From Anaerolineales bacterium (lineage in GTDB: Bacteria; Chloroflexota; Anaerolineae; Anaerolineales; Villigracilaceae): a DNA stretch of 64,000 bases. Positions 19,533 through 30,062 of this stretch are shown piece after piece (positions within the stretch are counted from its first letter, which is position 1; each line of letters opens with the position of its first letter). The position numbers and the translations under genes were made by a program. The stretch covers positions 89,490 to 153,489 of the forward strand of contig JAXLVU010000005.1 of NCBI GenBank assembly GCA_046328855.1. The letters are read 5' to 3'. The notes below the pieces were generated by a model, which was given only the letters and a program-made list of their open reading frames with translations, was not told the origin of the DNA and ran no database searches.

Positions 19533-19599
19533 TAGAAAATTTCCCTTCCATCCAAACGGATATGGCATCCATTGAAAAACAGTTCGTAAAGGAGTAACC

Positions 19600-20901
19600 A
19601 TGAAAACACTTATTCTCGACGGTTCCCATGCCAACGACGCCCTCAGTGGGCGGGTGGTTGCCAGCCTCGAAGCCAACCTGCAAGCACGCGCCTGGGACAC
19701 CTCAACTATTGTCTTACGTGAACAGAAGATCGGCAACTGCGCCGGGGATTTTTTCTGCTGGGTCAAATCGCCTGGCGTCTGCAATACCGATGACGATAAT
19801 CGCATCATTGCCGAAAAAGTCATTCAAAGCGACCTTGTCATTTATCTAACCCCGGTCACCTTTGGCGGCTTTTCCTCTGCCCTCAAACGCATGGTCGATC
19901 ACCAAATTCAAAATATCTCGCCCTTCTTCACAAACGTCCACGGCGAAACCCATCATCAAACCCGCTACAACCGCTACCCCAACATTATCGTCATCGGTTG
20001 GATGGACGAACCCGAAACTCAAACCGAAGCCATCTTTCGGCATCTCGTCCAGCGCATGTCCATCAACATGAATTCAAAAACCACAGTAGCAGGATTGATA
20101 ACGGGTCAGCCCTCAAACTCTGATTTGACCGCTCAAACCGAATCCTGGCTCGAAGCGATTGCCCACGCTTCCTCCTCACCCGTGCATGCTCTGCCATCCC
20201 CAACATTTTCTTCCGTTGAAGCGGCTCCTGTCAAACACGCTGTGCTGCTGGTGGGAAGTCCACGCACCAAGAAGAGCACCTCTGCTTCTTTGGGAGAGTA
20301 TCTCTTTGAAAAGTTAAATCAAAAAGGGGTTGAAACTCAAACCTTTCATATGTATACCATGCTCAATTCACCAGCAAAAATGGACAAGCTTTTTGCAGAG
20401 CTTGAATCAGCCGACCTGGTCACGCTTGCCTTCCCCTTGTATGTAGATACTCTACCCGCGCCTGTCATTTCCATGCTCGAGAAGATCGCGCTGTACCGAA
20501 AAGAAAAAGGCATTCGTTTCCATTTTTCAGCCATTGCCAATTGCGGTTTCCCCGAAGCCTATCATACTGATAATGCGCTTGCTATCTGTGCCGAGTTCGC
20601 CCGCCAGAACGGTTTCAACTGGTTGGGTGGTCTTGCCCTTGGCGCAGGCGAAGGGATTGTACATGGCACTCCGCTTAAGGATTTAGACGGACGTGCAATT
20701 CCCATCAGGAAAGCGCTTGAGTTGGCAGCCGAGTCTATTGTGTTGGGTAAGCCTGTTCCGCAATCTGCGCGTGCCTTGTTAGCGCGACCGATTATCCCTG
20801 GGTGGTTGTATAAAGTGATGGGCGGCTTCGGCTGGCGACAGTGGGCTAAGCAATTTGGGTCTCACAAAAAATTACGAAACAAACCATATCAGCACCAATA
20901 A
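19600..20901 (+). CDS. Tandem flavodoxin-fold NAD(P)H-dependent oxidoreductase
   Basis: Two FMN-reductase-like domains (ILDGS..TPVTFGG; LVGSPR..FPLYVDTLP); Isf-like CAGDFFC-x7-C. Confidence 0.8.
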   Translation: MKTLILDGSHANDALSGRVVASLEANLQARAWDTSTIVLREQKIGNCAGDFFCWVKSPGVCNTDDDNRIIAEKVIQSDLVIYLTPVTFGGFSSALKRMVDHQIQNISPFFTNVHGETHHQTRYNRYPNIIVIGWMDEPETQTEAIFRHLVQRMSINMNSKTTVAGLITGQPSNSDLTAQTESWLEAIAHASSSPVHALPSPTFSSVEAAPVKHAVLLVGSPRTKKSTSASLGEYLFEKLNQKGVETQTFHMYTMLNSPAKMDKLFAELESADLVTLAFPLYVDTLPAPVISMLEKIALYRKEKGIRFHFSAIANCGFPEAYHTDNALAICAEFARQNGFNWLGGLALGAGEGIVHGTPLKDLDGRAIPIRKALELAAESIVLGKPVPQSARALLARPIIPGWLYKVMGGFGWRQWAKQFGSHKKLRNKPYQHQ

Positions 20902-20918
20902 AAAATAGGAGTTTATAA

Positions 20919-21356
20919 ATGTATACCGTATCCATTACCCGTCTTCGAGTTCGTTCCATTTTTTATATGCCGCTCTTCATGCTGCATGCCATGCGCACCA
21001 TGACGCAAGCTCAAAAAGCCGACGGCGTTCAGGGCGTGGAAACCCGTTTCGAGAAAAATAATGTCGTGTGGACAAAAACAGTTTGGACTGAAGAATCGGC
21101 TATGAAAAAGTATCGTGGCTCAGGCGCGCATCAGATCGCCATGCGTATTCTTTCTGAGATGTGTAACGAAGCTTCGGTAGCGCGTTGGCAGCAGGACGGC
21201 ATAGAACTTCCCACATGGGAAGAAGCGCATCGCCGCATGTTGACCGAAGGCAAGCAGTCCAAAGTGAAACATCCTTCGCCCTTACAGTCTTCAGGGCGTA
21301 CTGCGCCAGAGATGATGCAATCTGGTTTCAAAATGCCGTCCCCTCCGGCTGTGTAA
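20919..21356 (+). CDS. DUF3291/ABM-fold protein
   Basis: SITRLRVRS, WTKTVW, SGAH, PTWEEA. Confidence 0.7.
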   Translation: MYTVSITRLRVRSIFYMPLFMLHAMRTMTQAQKADGVQGVETRFEKNNVVWTKTVWTEESAMKKYRGSGAHQIAMRILSEMCNEASVARWQQDGIELPTWEEAHRRMLTEGKQSKVKHPSPLQSSGRTAPEMMQSGFKMPSPPAV

Positions 21357-21367
21357 GGAATTTTCTA

Positions 21368-22219
21368 ATGAACTTTGCAAAAGGCTGGATTTTCAATCAC
21401 CCGGTCACACGCCGCGTGCAGGATGAGTATTTTGAGAATGATGGCATTCGTCAACATTATGTCACTTTGGGCGAAGGTCCGTTGGTGGTGCTGATCCACG
21501 GTATCCCTGAATTTTGGTATTCGTGGCGGCATCAGATTGAAGCATTGTCGAAGCAGTATCAAGTTGTTGCAATAGACCAGCGCGGATTCAACGAGTCGGG
21601 CAAGCCTGCTTCCACCGATGGCTATCGGGTGGAGAGGTTGGTAGAAGATGTTGCGGCGTTGATCAAGCATCTCGGACGGAAGCAGGCTGCGATCGTCGGT
21701 CATGATGCGGGGGCTTGGCTGGCATGGCACTTCGCGGCGCTTCATCCAGAACTAACGGAGCGGCTTGTCATCTTGAGCGTTCCACATCCCAATGCTATGC
21801 GCGAGGAATTGGCGGAGCATGGCGAGCAACATCGGGCGAGCGGATATGCGCGGGCAATGCAAAAGGAAGGCGCGAAGCCGATGTTCCGCACGTGGCAGAT
21901 CAGTTTGTTGTTGGATCGTGCCGCCTTGCCCTTGTATTTGTATGCTGATCGAAGAACAGACGCCAATGCAATCACTTCGTTCTATCAGTTGAATTATCCG
22001 AAGGAGCCATATACTTTGGATGGAACACTTCCATTGATCGAAGCGCCGACGTTGGTTATCCACGGAAAACGAGATCGCTTTTTGCTGGCATCGGGACACG
22101 AGCATAATACGCGTTGGTTGAAGCATGAACCAAAAACGGTGATGTTGGATGCTGATCATTTTGTGCATCAGGAAAAACCCGCGGAAGTAAATCAAATTAT
22201 TTTGGATTGGTTGAAATAG
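21368..22219 (+). CDS. Alpha/beta hydrolase, epoxide-hydrolase-like
   Basis: HGIPEFWYSW, GHDAGA nucleophile elbow, HFVHQE; start after AAGGA RBS. Confidence 0.88.
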   Translation: MNFAKGWIFNHPVTRRVQDEYFENDGIRQHYVTLGEGPLVVLIHGIPEFWYSWRHQIEALSKQYQVVAIDQRGFNESGKPASTDGYRVERLVEDVAALIKHLGRKQAAIVGHDAGAWLAWHFAALHPELTERLVILSVPHPNAMREELAEHGEQHRASGYARAMQKEGAKPMFRTWQISLLLDRAALPLYLYADRRTDANAITSFYQLNYPKEPYTLDGTLPLIEAPTLVIHGKRDRFLLASGHEHNTRWLKHEPKTVMLDADHFVHQEKPAEVNQIILDWLK

Positions 22220-22230
22220 GAGAAATAAAA

Positions 22231-23181
22231 ATGTCTGTCAATCATGTTGTGTTAGGTACTGGCGCGATCGGTCGCGCAGTTGCGAATGAGTTACTCAAGC
22301 GCGGAGAATCCGTCCGCATGGTGAATCGCTCGGGCAAAATGGAAGAAGCACCTGCCGGAGTGGAAGTGGTGGCTGCGGATCTGTATGACTCTGCCAAGGT
22401 CAAAGAAGTGACGCGTGGGGCGAAAGTGGTGTATCAAGCCTCGCAGCCGAATTACAACGAATGGACGACGAAATTCATGCCGTTGCAAAACGCGATCATC
22501 GAAGGCTTGACGGGCAGCGGAGCAAAATTAGTCCTGGTTGAAAACCTTTATATGTACGGCGAATCCAATGGCAAGCCGATGACCGAGGACTTTCCGCACA
22601 ATGCGCACACACGCAAGGGCAAGGCGCGCAGTGAATTGAGCAATGCAGCGTTTGACGCTCACAAAGCTGGCAAGTTGAAAGTGACCGCGGCACGTGGGTC
22701 TGATTTCTTTGGTCCGTGGGGTTTACCTACAGCGGCAATGGGAGAGCGCACGTTTTACCCGATGATCGCGGGCAAAGCGGCGGGCTTGATTGGGAATATT
22801 GACGTTCCTCATACGCACACGTATATCCCTGATTTTGGGAAGGCATTGGTTATCCTTGGCGAGCGGGATGAAGCCGACGGGCATGCCTGGCATGTGCCGA
22901 ATGACAATCCGCGTGTGACTCAGCGTGAGATGGCAAAGATGATCGCGGACGAGTTGGGACTGCCGCTCAAGGTCAGTGCAATGGGTAAAACCATGATGGC
23001 GATTGGTGGGCTGTTCATCCCTGAAGCAAAAGAATCTGTAGAGATGATGTACGAGTTTGAAAAACCGTTCATTGTGGATTCTAGCAAGTTCGAGAAAACT
23101 TTTGGAATGAAGGCTACCCCAATGAAGGATGCCATCAAAGAGACTGTGGCTTGGTATAAGAGCCATCCGCATACGAAGTAA
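22231..23181 (+). CDS. NAD-dependent epimerase/dehydratase (atypical SDR)
   Basis: GTGAIG, NLYMYG, DFFGP. Confidence 0.88.
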   Translation: MSVNHVVLGTGAIGRAVANELLKRGESVRMVNRSGKMEEAPAGVEVVAADLYDSAKVKEVTRGAKVVYQASQPNYNEWTTKFMPLQNAIIEGLTGSGAKLVLVENLYMYGESNGKPMTEDFPHNAHTRKGKARSELSNAAFDAHKAGKLKVTAARGSDFFGPWGLPTAAMGERTFYPMIAGKAAGLIGNIDVPHTHTYIPDFGKALVILGERDEADGHAWHVPNDNPRVTQREMAKMIADELGLPLKVSAMGKTMMAIGGLFIPEAKESVEMMYEFEKPFIVDSSKFEKTFGMKATPMKDAIKETVAWYKSHPHTK

Positions 23182-23204
23182 AGAACACGATTAGGAGAGA
23201 GAGT

Positions 23205-23660
23205 ATGGTAATCGCAACATCTTTAATGGCAACTTTGCATCATATAGCCGCTTTTACAATGACAGCCTGTCTGGTTTATGAGTTTATTGCTTTTCGTAGA
23301 TCATTAAGCGCTGGAGAAGTGCGCCGCATTCAACAAGTGGATTTATGGTATGGCATCTCGGCGGGCGTGTTGTTGGTGGCTGGGCTACTGCGTGTGTTCA
23401 TTTTTGAAAAAGGGGCAAGTTACTACGGCGCTAACCCATTGTTCTGGGTAAAGATGGCTTTGTTTGTGCTAGTTGGGATACTTTCTATTTACCCAACCAT
23501 TCGTTATATTCGCTGGGGGAGCGTGGTGGAAGAGAGAAATTTAGAGTTGCCCGATGATGAGCACAAACGAATCCGCTTGTTATTGAATTTGGAAGTAATC
23601 GGTATTGTGCTTATTTTATTTGCAGCACCAGCAATGGCACGAGCCATCGGCATGAACTGA
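23205..23660 (+). CDS. DUF2214-family membrane protein
   Basis: DLWYGISA, GLLRV..FEKG..YY..NPLFWVK, SIYPT, MARAIG. Confidence 0.85.
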   Translation: MVIATSLMATLHHIAAFTMTACLVYEFIAFRRSLSAGEVRRIQQVDLWYGISAGVLLVAGLLRVFIFEKGASYYGANPLFWVKMALFVLVGILSIYPTIRYIRWGSVVEERNLELPDDEHKRIRLLLNLEVIGIVLILFAAPAMARAIGMN

Positions 23661-23749
23661 CATTCTTTCTGTTTTGTAGTAGACGGTCTGAAAAAGAGCC
23701 TTAATGCCCGATGGACAGAATATTTTGACTTGAAAATGTTGGCAAAGGT

Positions 23750-24841
23750 TTATTTTAAGTGTTTGTGAATGTGATCTAAAAATTCCTGCCTAAATCTTTC
23801 AGAAGAAAAGCGAGCCGCATTTTCCGATGCGGCTTTGCTATTTAAAGGCATTTTCTCAAATTTCAAGACAGCATCTGTAAGCGATTCAGCAGATTGTTCC
23901 TGGAAGAGTAGCCCTGTTTCTCCATTTCGAACGATTTCTGATGCGCCACCTTTGTAATACGCAAGGACAGGGCACCCTGCTGCTTGGGCTTCAACCATGG
24001 CAATGCCGAAGTCTTCAGTTGCCATATAAACGAATGCTTTGGCTTTATTCATCAGCTCTGTAACAACCGAGTCAGGTTGATAGCCCATAACTGTGATATT
24101 TTTGTTTGCTATTTCTTGAACATGCTGAAGTTCGGGTCCATCGCCGACAATGATCAGTGGTAAACCAAGCGAGTTAAACGCTTTGACGATTTCGATTCCC
24201 ATTTTGTAGGGTACAAGACGTGATACAAGCAGATAATAGCTCTCGCGCTGTGAAGATGGCATAAAGCGACTGATATCTACAGAAGGGTAAATGACTTGCG
24301 AATCTCGCCCCCAGGCTTCGCGGATATGTGCGGCAGTCCACTGGGAGTTGGCGATCAGCGAATCAGACCGGGCGGAGGCAGAGACATCCCAACGACGGAG
24401 CAGGCTCAAGGTCCCGTTTGCGGCGAGGCGGATGAGGGGGTTGGTCAAGCCGTGTAGCTTCAGATAGTCATTCCGCATGTGCCAGGCATAGCGCATCGGC
24501 GTTGAAATATAGGAGATATGCGTTTGACCTTTGTGCGTTTTCGCTCCGTGCGCCACAGCATGTGAGAGTGAAAGGACAAGGTCGTATTCGCTTAAGTCTA
24601 AAGATTCAATCGCAAATGGCATGATGGGCAAGAGTTTGCGATAATGGCGTTCAATGTTTGGAATATTTTGCAAAAAGGTGCTTTGAACTTTGATGCCTTT
24701 TAGCTCTGTGTGTTGAAAGTTTTTTGGGAAATACGTAAGCGCGAAAATATCCGCATGGGGAAAAAGATGCAGCAATTGAACTAAGAGGCGTTCACTGCCT
24801 CCAAATGTGCTCAGCCATTCATGAACGATGGCAACTTTCAT
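23750..24841 (-). CDS. Glycosyltransferase family 4
   Basis: HEWL..FGGSER, RLVPYK, EDFGIAMVEAQAAG. Confidence 0.93.
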   Translation of the reverse strand: MKVAIVHEWLSTFGGSERLLVQLLHLFPHADIFALTYFPKNFQHTELKGIKVQSTFLQNIPNIERHYRKLLPIMPFAIESLDLSEYDLVLSLSHAVAHGAKTHKGQTHISYISTPMRYAWHMRNDYLKLHGLTNPLIRLAANGTLSLLRRWDVSASARSDSLIANSQWTAAHIREAWGRDSQVIYPSVDISRFMPSSQRESYYLLVSRLVPYKMGIEIVKAFNSLGLPLIIVGDGPELQHVQEIANKNITVMGYQPDSVVTELMNKAKAFVYMATEDFGIAMVEAQAAGCPVLAYYKGGASEIVRNGETGLLFQEQSAESLTDAVLKFEKMPLNSKAASENAARFSSERFRQEFLDHIHKHLK

Positions 24842-24934
24842 ATATTAATCAACATTTGTGGGCGAATAATCGAAAACATAACCGGCGACAGATTATAATT
24901 GTAAAATTGGATTGCTCAGGTCTTATTTGTTGTT

Positions 24935-26254
24935 GTGAATAACTTCTTTCCTCGCTTCTTTAGAATTAGTGCGCAGCTATTTTTTGCGTTGACGATCATC
25001 CTCATGCCGTTTCGGTTGCGGCTGGTATTATGGGCGCGTCCATTCTTCCCGGTGTATTCTGATTACACCGATTTTCTTTTATTTGCCAGCGACCTTGGGG
25101 TTTTATTTACACTTGGTTTGTGGGCGTCTTCGCTGGTGATTGAGCGACGCAAGGTGAACATTGGAAACCCTTTGACCTGGTATTTGCTCTTGGGAATAAC
25201 GTTTTCAGGATGGGTATCTATTATCGATAGCGTTGACCCAATCATCACATGCTATCATGCCATTCGCTTTGTATTTTTGCTTTTGTTTTATTTGTATATC
25301 GTAAATGAAATTGTAGATGTCGTTTGGGTGTTGGTGCCTGTTGCACTTCAAGCGATGATACAAGTGCCTGTTGCAATAGGTCAGTTTCTAAGGCAATCTT
25401 CTCTTGGGCTTCAAGTATTGGGAGAGCATTCCCTTGACCCGCTTGTTTTGGGAATAAGCATTATCCCTGTCAATGGGGCTCGGATTTTACGTGCCTATGG
25501 ACTTGCGGATCATCCTAACATTTTAGGCGGTTGTTTGGCATTTGTGCTTGTCATTCTGTTTGCTTTTTTCTTTTATGGTAAGAAATGGCAGCCTTACTTC
25601 GCAGGAGTAGTAATCGTCCCAACCTTCCTTGCATTGTTATTGACTTTCTCTCGTTCTGCCTGGGTCGCTTTGTTTGTAGCTGTAAGTTTTATTTTGCTTT
25701 GCGGAACTCTCTCAAAACGATTTGACGGGCTTAAAAGACTTGTTATTTTTGGGGCTATCACCTTGGTTGTTATAACTCCATTTGTATGGAAAAACTTTTC
25801 TGTTTTTGGGCAGCGAGTCAACTCGGGGAATGTGGCGCAAGACCAACCTATGAACGAGCGAGCGTATTTGCTTGAAGCTGGAAACACCCTTTTTATTGAA
25901 CACTCTGCGATTGGGGTTGGGCTGGGCGCTTCACCACTTGCCATGAAATTACGCTTCGAAAATTTCAGAATTAATTATCAGCCCCCACATTTCACCCCTT
26001 TGCTTTCTGCTTTGGAAACCGGTGTACTCGGCGGCGGTTTTTATCTTATGTTATTTCTCGCTCCCGGTGTGACCTTTCTTTTGCGCTGGCGGCATTATAC
26101 CCATCACCCCCTTGCTGTGGGAGCGTTTTCTTTATTGTTTGTCATTTCTGTTGTGAATCTATTCGACTATTACACTTGGATGTATGCGCCAGGGCGCCTT
26201 TGGCAATGGTTGGCATGGGGGCTCTATTCAGCCTCATTAGAGCGAGCTGGGTAG
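24935..26254 (+). CDS. O-antigen ligase/Wzy_C-family membrane protein
   Basis: RAYGLADHPNILGG, LTFSRSAW, GVGLG, PPH..LLSALETG; multiple TM helices. Confidence 0.85.
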   Translation: MNNFFPRFFRISAQLFFALTIILMPFRLRLVLWARPFFPVYSDYTDFLLFASDLGVLFTLGLWASSLVIERRKVNIGNPLTWYLLLGITFSGWVSIIDSVDPIITCYHAIRFVFLLLFYLYIVNEIVDVVWVLVPVALQAMIQVPVAIGQFLRQSSLGLQVLGEHSLDPLVLGISIIPVNGARILRAYGLADHPNILGGCLAFVLVILFAFFFYGKKWQPYFAGVVIVPTFLALLLTFSRSAWVALFVAVSFILLCGTLSKRFDGLKRLVIFGAITLVVITPFVWKNFSVFGQRVNSGNVAQDQPMNERAYLLEAGNTLFIEHSAIGVGLGASPLAMKLRFENFRINYQPPHFTPLLSALETGVLGGGFYLMLFLAPGVTFLLRWRHYTHHPLAVGAFSLLFVISVVNLFDYYTWMYAPGRLWQWLAWGLYSASLERAG

Positions 26255-26255
26255 T

Positions 26256-27752
26256 ATGCTTCAATACCTTCTTGCTCCTGTGGTCATCATCTATACCATG
26301 GCGATGTTGACCTTGGCGATTTACATCTGTAATCTCTTATATTTGATGGTTGTCAGCTTGCGAAACCGCAACAGTATCAAGCCAGAAGTTTTTCGAAAGT
26401 TTGAAGAACTGCCGATGGTTACCGTGCAATTGCCAATTTACAACGAATGGTATGTGGCAGAGCGCCTTTTGGATGCTTGCGCAGCGTTAGAATATCCGCA
26501 GGACTTGTTGGAGATTCAAGTACTGGACGACTCAACAGACGAAACCGCCTTGCTTATTGCTCAAAAAGTAAGGAACATACAGAAAACGGGTGTGAATATT
26601 GTTCATGTTCACCGGAAGAATCGATACGGCTTTAAAGCAGGCGCACTTGCTAATGGACTTGTAACAGCGAAGGGTGAATTCATCGCCATCTTCGATGCGG
26701 ATTTTCTTCCCCAAAAAGATTTTCTCATGCAAATGTTGCCACGCTTCGATCATAAAAAAGTCGCCTTTGTTCAAGCCCGTTGGGGGCATCTCAACCGTGA
26801 CTATTCATTGTTGACCTTGCTTCAATCCTTTTCGCTGGATGCTCATTTTGCCATTGACCAGCTTGGACGTTCGAGTGCTGATTATGTTTTCAATTTCAAT
26901 GGCACCGCCGGTGTGTGGCGTAAGTCAGCTATCTTGGATGTAGGGGGTTGGCATGCCGATACACTGACCGAAGATATGGACCTTTCTTATCGCACATTCC
27001 TAAAAGGATGGTCTGCTCGTTATGCCGGGGACGTGGAAGCGCCGGCTGAGTTACCGGTTAGTTTTACAGCATATCGTCGTCAGCAATATCGCTGGGCACG
27101 CGGAAGTTTAGAATGCGCTATCAAATACCTCCCTGTGATTTGGCATGGTAAATTTTCATTTATGCGTAAACTGCAAGCCACCTTTCACCTCACAGGATAT
27201 TTACTGCATATGCTTACAATCATGCTCATGGTATGCTATCCGTTATTGTTGATATTTTCAAAACAGTTCCCAACCTTGCTGGCTCCTGTTGGAATTGGAA
27301 TCTTGATGAACTTTCTTGCCATTGCGCCAGCTCTATATTTTGTTGCAGCTCAACATTTACTCAAACGTCGTTGGTTGCGATCTCTGCCAACAATTCTTTT
27401 GCTCTCTGTATTTGCTTCTGGCATGGTCCTGAATACCATGCGTGCGCTGTATCAAATTTTACAAAAACGCGTGGTTCCATTTGAACGCACACCGAAATTT
27501 GGTATTACAGAACGTTCGCAGTCGTGGCGCGGGAATCGTTATCTAACCCGTTTCGATACCTTAGTGATTTTCGAAATTGTGCTTGGTTGCATTAATCTTT
27601 GGTCTGCCTGGTTAGCTTGGTCTTCTGGCTATTATTTGATGACGATTTATGCCTTCTTGTTCGCTTTGGGATTATTCTTCTTTTCGGGCTTTACCTTATT
27701 TCAATCCATTTCTGCCCGCTTCACTTCAGAGCAGAAGCCTGCTTCTGCCTAA
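26256..27752 (+). CDS. Processive-type GT2 glycosyltransferase (cellulose-synthase-like)
   Basis: QLPIYNE, DDSTD, KAGAL, FDAD, TED, QQYRW; C-terminal TM helices. Confidence 0.93.
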   Translation: MLQYLLAPVVIIYTMAMLTLAIYICNLLYLMVVSLRNRNSIKPEVFRKFEELPMVTVQLPIYNEWYVAERLLDACAALEYPQDLLEIQVLDDSTDETALLIAQKVRNIQKTGVNIVHVHRKNRYGFKAGALANGLVTAKGEFIAIFDADFLPQKDFLMQMLPRFDHKKVAFVQARWGHLNRDYSLLTLLQSFSLDAHFAIDQLGRSSADYVFNFNGTAGVWRKSAILDVGGWHADTLTEDMDLSYRTFLKGWSARYAGDVEAPAELPVSFTAYRRQQYRWARGSLECAIKYLPVIWHGKFSFMRKLQATFHLTGYLLHMLTIMLMVCYPLLLIFSKQFPTLLAPVGIGILMNFLAIAPALYFVAAQHLLKRRWLRSLPTILLLSVFASGMVLNTMRALYQILQKRVVPFERTPKFGITERSQSWRGNRYLTRFDTLVIFEIVLGCINLWSAWLAWSSGYYLMTIYAFLFALGLFFFSGFTLFQSISARFTSEQKPASA

Positions 27753-27764
27753 CATACCTTAACC

Positions 27765-28658
27765 GTGTCTCCTAATTTTTCCTCCTCTCTAGAACGTGCC
27801 ATTCTAGAAACACTAGCGTATTCTGATGTCTTTGATTACCCTTTGAATTTGGATGAATTGCATCGTTATCTAACATTCCCTGCCACAAAAGAAGAACTTC
27901 GCAATTCTTTGAAATCTACTTCATCTGTTTCTTCAAACGGCGATTTTTATTTTTTGCCCAAACGAGATGTTATAGTAAACATCCGCCGTGAGCGTGAGAA
28001 ATTATCTATTCCTGCCTTTCGTCGCGCCCTTCTCTATGGACATATCCTTGGTATATTCCCTTTCGTTCGCATGGTGTCCATGACCGGCTCTTTGGCTGTT
28101 CTCAACCTCTCCAAAGATGCCGATATGGACTACATGCTCGTCACACAACCAGGTCGCTTGTGGTTGGTGCGCGCTTTTGCTGTAACTTTTGGTCGCATCA
28201 TGCGGCTTTGGGGTGACCGAATCTGTGTCAATTTGCTGGTAACCGAATCTGCGTTGGAGTGGAAGCCTCAAGATTTATACTCCGCTCGCGAAATGTGCCA
28301 AATGATTCCCATCACAGGTATGAATATTTATCAGTGCTTGCGGGCAGTGAACCCTTGGATAGAAACCTATCTGCCAAATGCAAAATCTGTGCCGGTGAAT
28401 ACGCCCAAAACTCAACTTGGAAAATCGTTATTGCAAAAATTGTTTGAAATCCTGTGGGTTGGAAAAATGGGTGATGTACTTGAAACATGGGCGATGGATT
28501 TTCAGGTCAAAAAGATCATGAATACTTATGGAACTGCACAGGAAGCAAAATTTACTACAGACCTGTGTCAGGGTAATTTTGACAACCATCATTTTGGGAC
28601 CGATCAATCTTTTCGGGAAAGACTTGCTTGTTTAGAGGAGAGTGGCATTCATGACTAA
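27765..28658 (+). CDS. Putative Pol-beta-type nucleotidyltransferase-fold protein
   Basis: TGSLA...DADMDYMLV (GS..DxD) after an N-terminal YSDVFDYPL helical domain. Confidence 0.6.
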   Translation: MSPNFSSSLERAILETLAYSDVFDYPLNLDELHRYLTFPATKEELRNSLKSTSSVSSNGDFYFLPKRDVIVNIRREREKLSIPAFRRALLYGHILGIFPFVRMVSMTGSLAVLNLSKDADMDYMLVTQPGRLWLVRAFAVTFGRIMRLWGDRICVNLLVTESALEWKPQDLYSAREMCQMIPITGMNIYQCLRAVNPWIETYLPNAKSVPVNTPKTQLGKSLLQKLFEILWVGKMGDVLETWAMDFQVKKIMNTYGTAQEAKFTTDLCQGNFDNHHFGTDQSFRERLACLEESGIHD

Positions 28659-30054
28659 AGTTCTTTTTGGTCAATCTTATTATCTGCGTTTTGACCCAAA
28701 ACTTTGGCGTGTCATGCAGCCATATCCACCTTTGGGCACATTGTACGCAGCCAGTTACATTCGCGCGCATGGTTATGAAGTAGCTTTGTTCGATGCCATG
28801 CTGGCAGAGTCTGAGGAAGAGTGGGCAAAGTCGCTGGATGAAAATAAGCCAGACTATGCGGTAATTTATGAAGATAACTTTAATTATCTTTCTAAAATGT
28901 GTCTCTCACGAATGCGCGAAGCCGCCTTCACAATGATCCAAATGGCAAAACAGCGCGGATGTATAGTTATTTTATGCGGAGCAGATGTAACCGATCATTG
29001 TGCCAAGTATTTAGAACAGGGCGCCGATTATTGCATTCTAGGCGAAGGGGAGGAAACACTCGCAGAATTGCTGGACCAGTTGTCGGCGGGAAAAGATGCG
29101 CGTGATGTCATTGGGCATGCTTCACGATTCACTTTGCACCCTACCCGTCGTCCCGATATCAAGAATGTCGATGCACTCCCATTTCCTGCGTGGGATTTAG
29201 TGGATGTGCAAAAATATAAAAAGATATGGTACGAAAAACATGGCTATTTTTCGATGAACATGGTCACTACGCGTGGTTGCCCGTATCACTGTAATTGGTG
29301 TGCCAAGCCGATTTGGGGACAACGTTATAACTCACGTTCGCCCGAGAATGTGGCTGCTGAGATGAAGTGGATCAAGGAAAATTTCGCCCCTGACCATATT
29401 TGGTTTGCAGATGATATTTTTGGTTTGAAGCCCAATTGGGTGGAACGATTTGCTGATTTGTTAATCGAACATGATGCAGTGATTCCATTCAAGTGCTTGA
29501 AGCGCGCAGACTTGGTGACAGAGAAAACCGCTGCAGCTTTGGCTAAAGCAGGTTGTAAGATTGTGTGGGTGGGAGCAGAATCTGGCTCCCAGAAAATCTT
29601 GGATGCGATGGATAAAGGCGATAAGGTCGAAGATATTTATCGTGCATCAGAGTTATTGCATGCGAATGGGATTCAAATTGGTTTCTTTTTGCAGTTTGGT
29701 TACCCAGGTGAAACCTGGGATGATGTGCAATTGACATTGAAAATGGTCCGCGATTGCATGCCAGATGATATTGGCATTTCTGTTTCTTATCCACTGCCGG
29801 GGACGAAATTCTATGAGCGTGTGAAATTGGAATTGGGCGAAAAACAGAATTGGGTGGATTCGGACGATCTTGCCATGTTATATCGCGGTCCATTTCCACA
29901 AGAGTTTTATCGCATTCTGCATGGACGTGTGCACCATGAATTCCGTCTGCGCAAGGCGTGGAAGAAGAAGGAGTTACGCGGTATGCTACTCTCACCTTAT
30001 TATCTTTTCGGTTGGATGCGGGCTGAAATCCGTTTGAGAAACTTTGTGCATTAA
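28651..30054 (+). CDS. B12-binding radical SAM enzyme
   Basis: YPPLGTLY B12-binding domain, GEGE, TRGCPYHCNWC, GAESGS. Confidence 0.93.
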   Translation: MTKVLFGQSYYLRFDPKLWRVMQPYPPLGTLYAASYIRAHGYEVALFDAMLAESEEEWAKSLDENKPDYAVIYEDNFNYLSKMCLSRMREAAFTMIQMAKQRGCIVILCGADVTDHCAKYLEQGADYCILGEGEETLAELLDQLSAGKDARDVIGHASRFTLHPTRRPDIKNVDALPFPAWDLVDVQKYKKIWYEKHGYFSMNMVTTRGCPYHCNWCAKPIWGQRYNSRSPENVAAEMKWIKENFAPDHIWFADDIFGLKPNWVERFADLLIEHDAVIPFKCLKRADLVTEKTAAALAKAGCKIVWVGAESGSQKILDAMDKGDKVEDIYRASELLHANGIQIGFFLQFGYPGETWDDVQLTLKMVRDCMPDDIGISVSYPLPGTKFYERVKLELGEKQNWVDSDDLAMLYRGPFPQEFYRILHGRVHHEFRLRKAWKKKELRGMLLSPYYLFGWMRAEIRLRNFVH

Positions 30055-30062
30055 CCAAAAAC

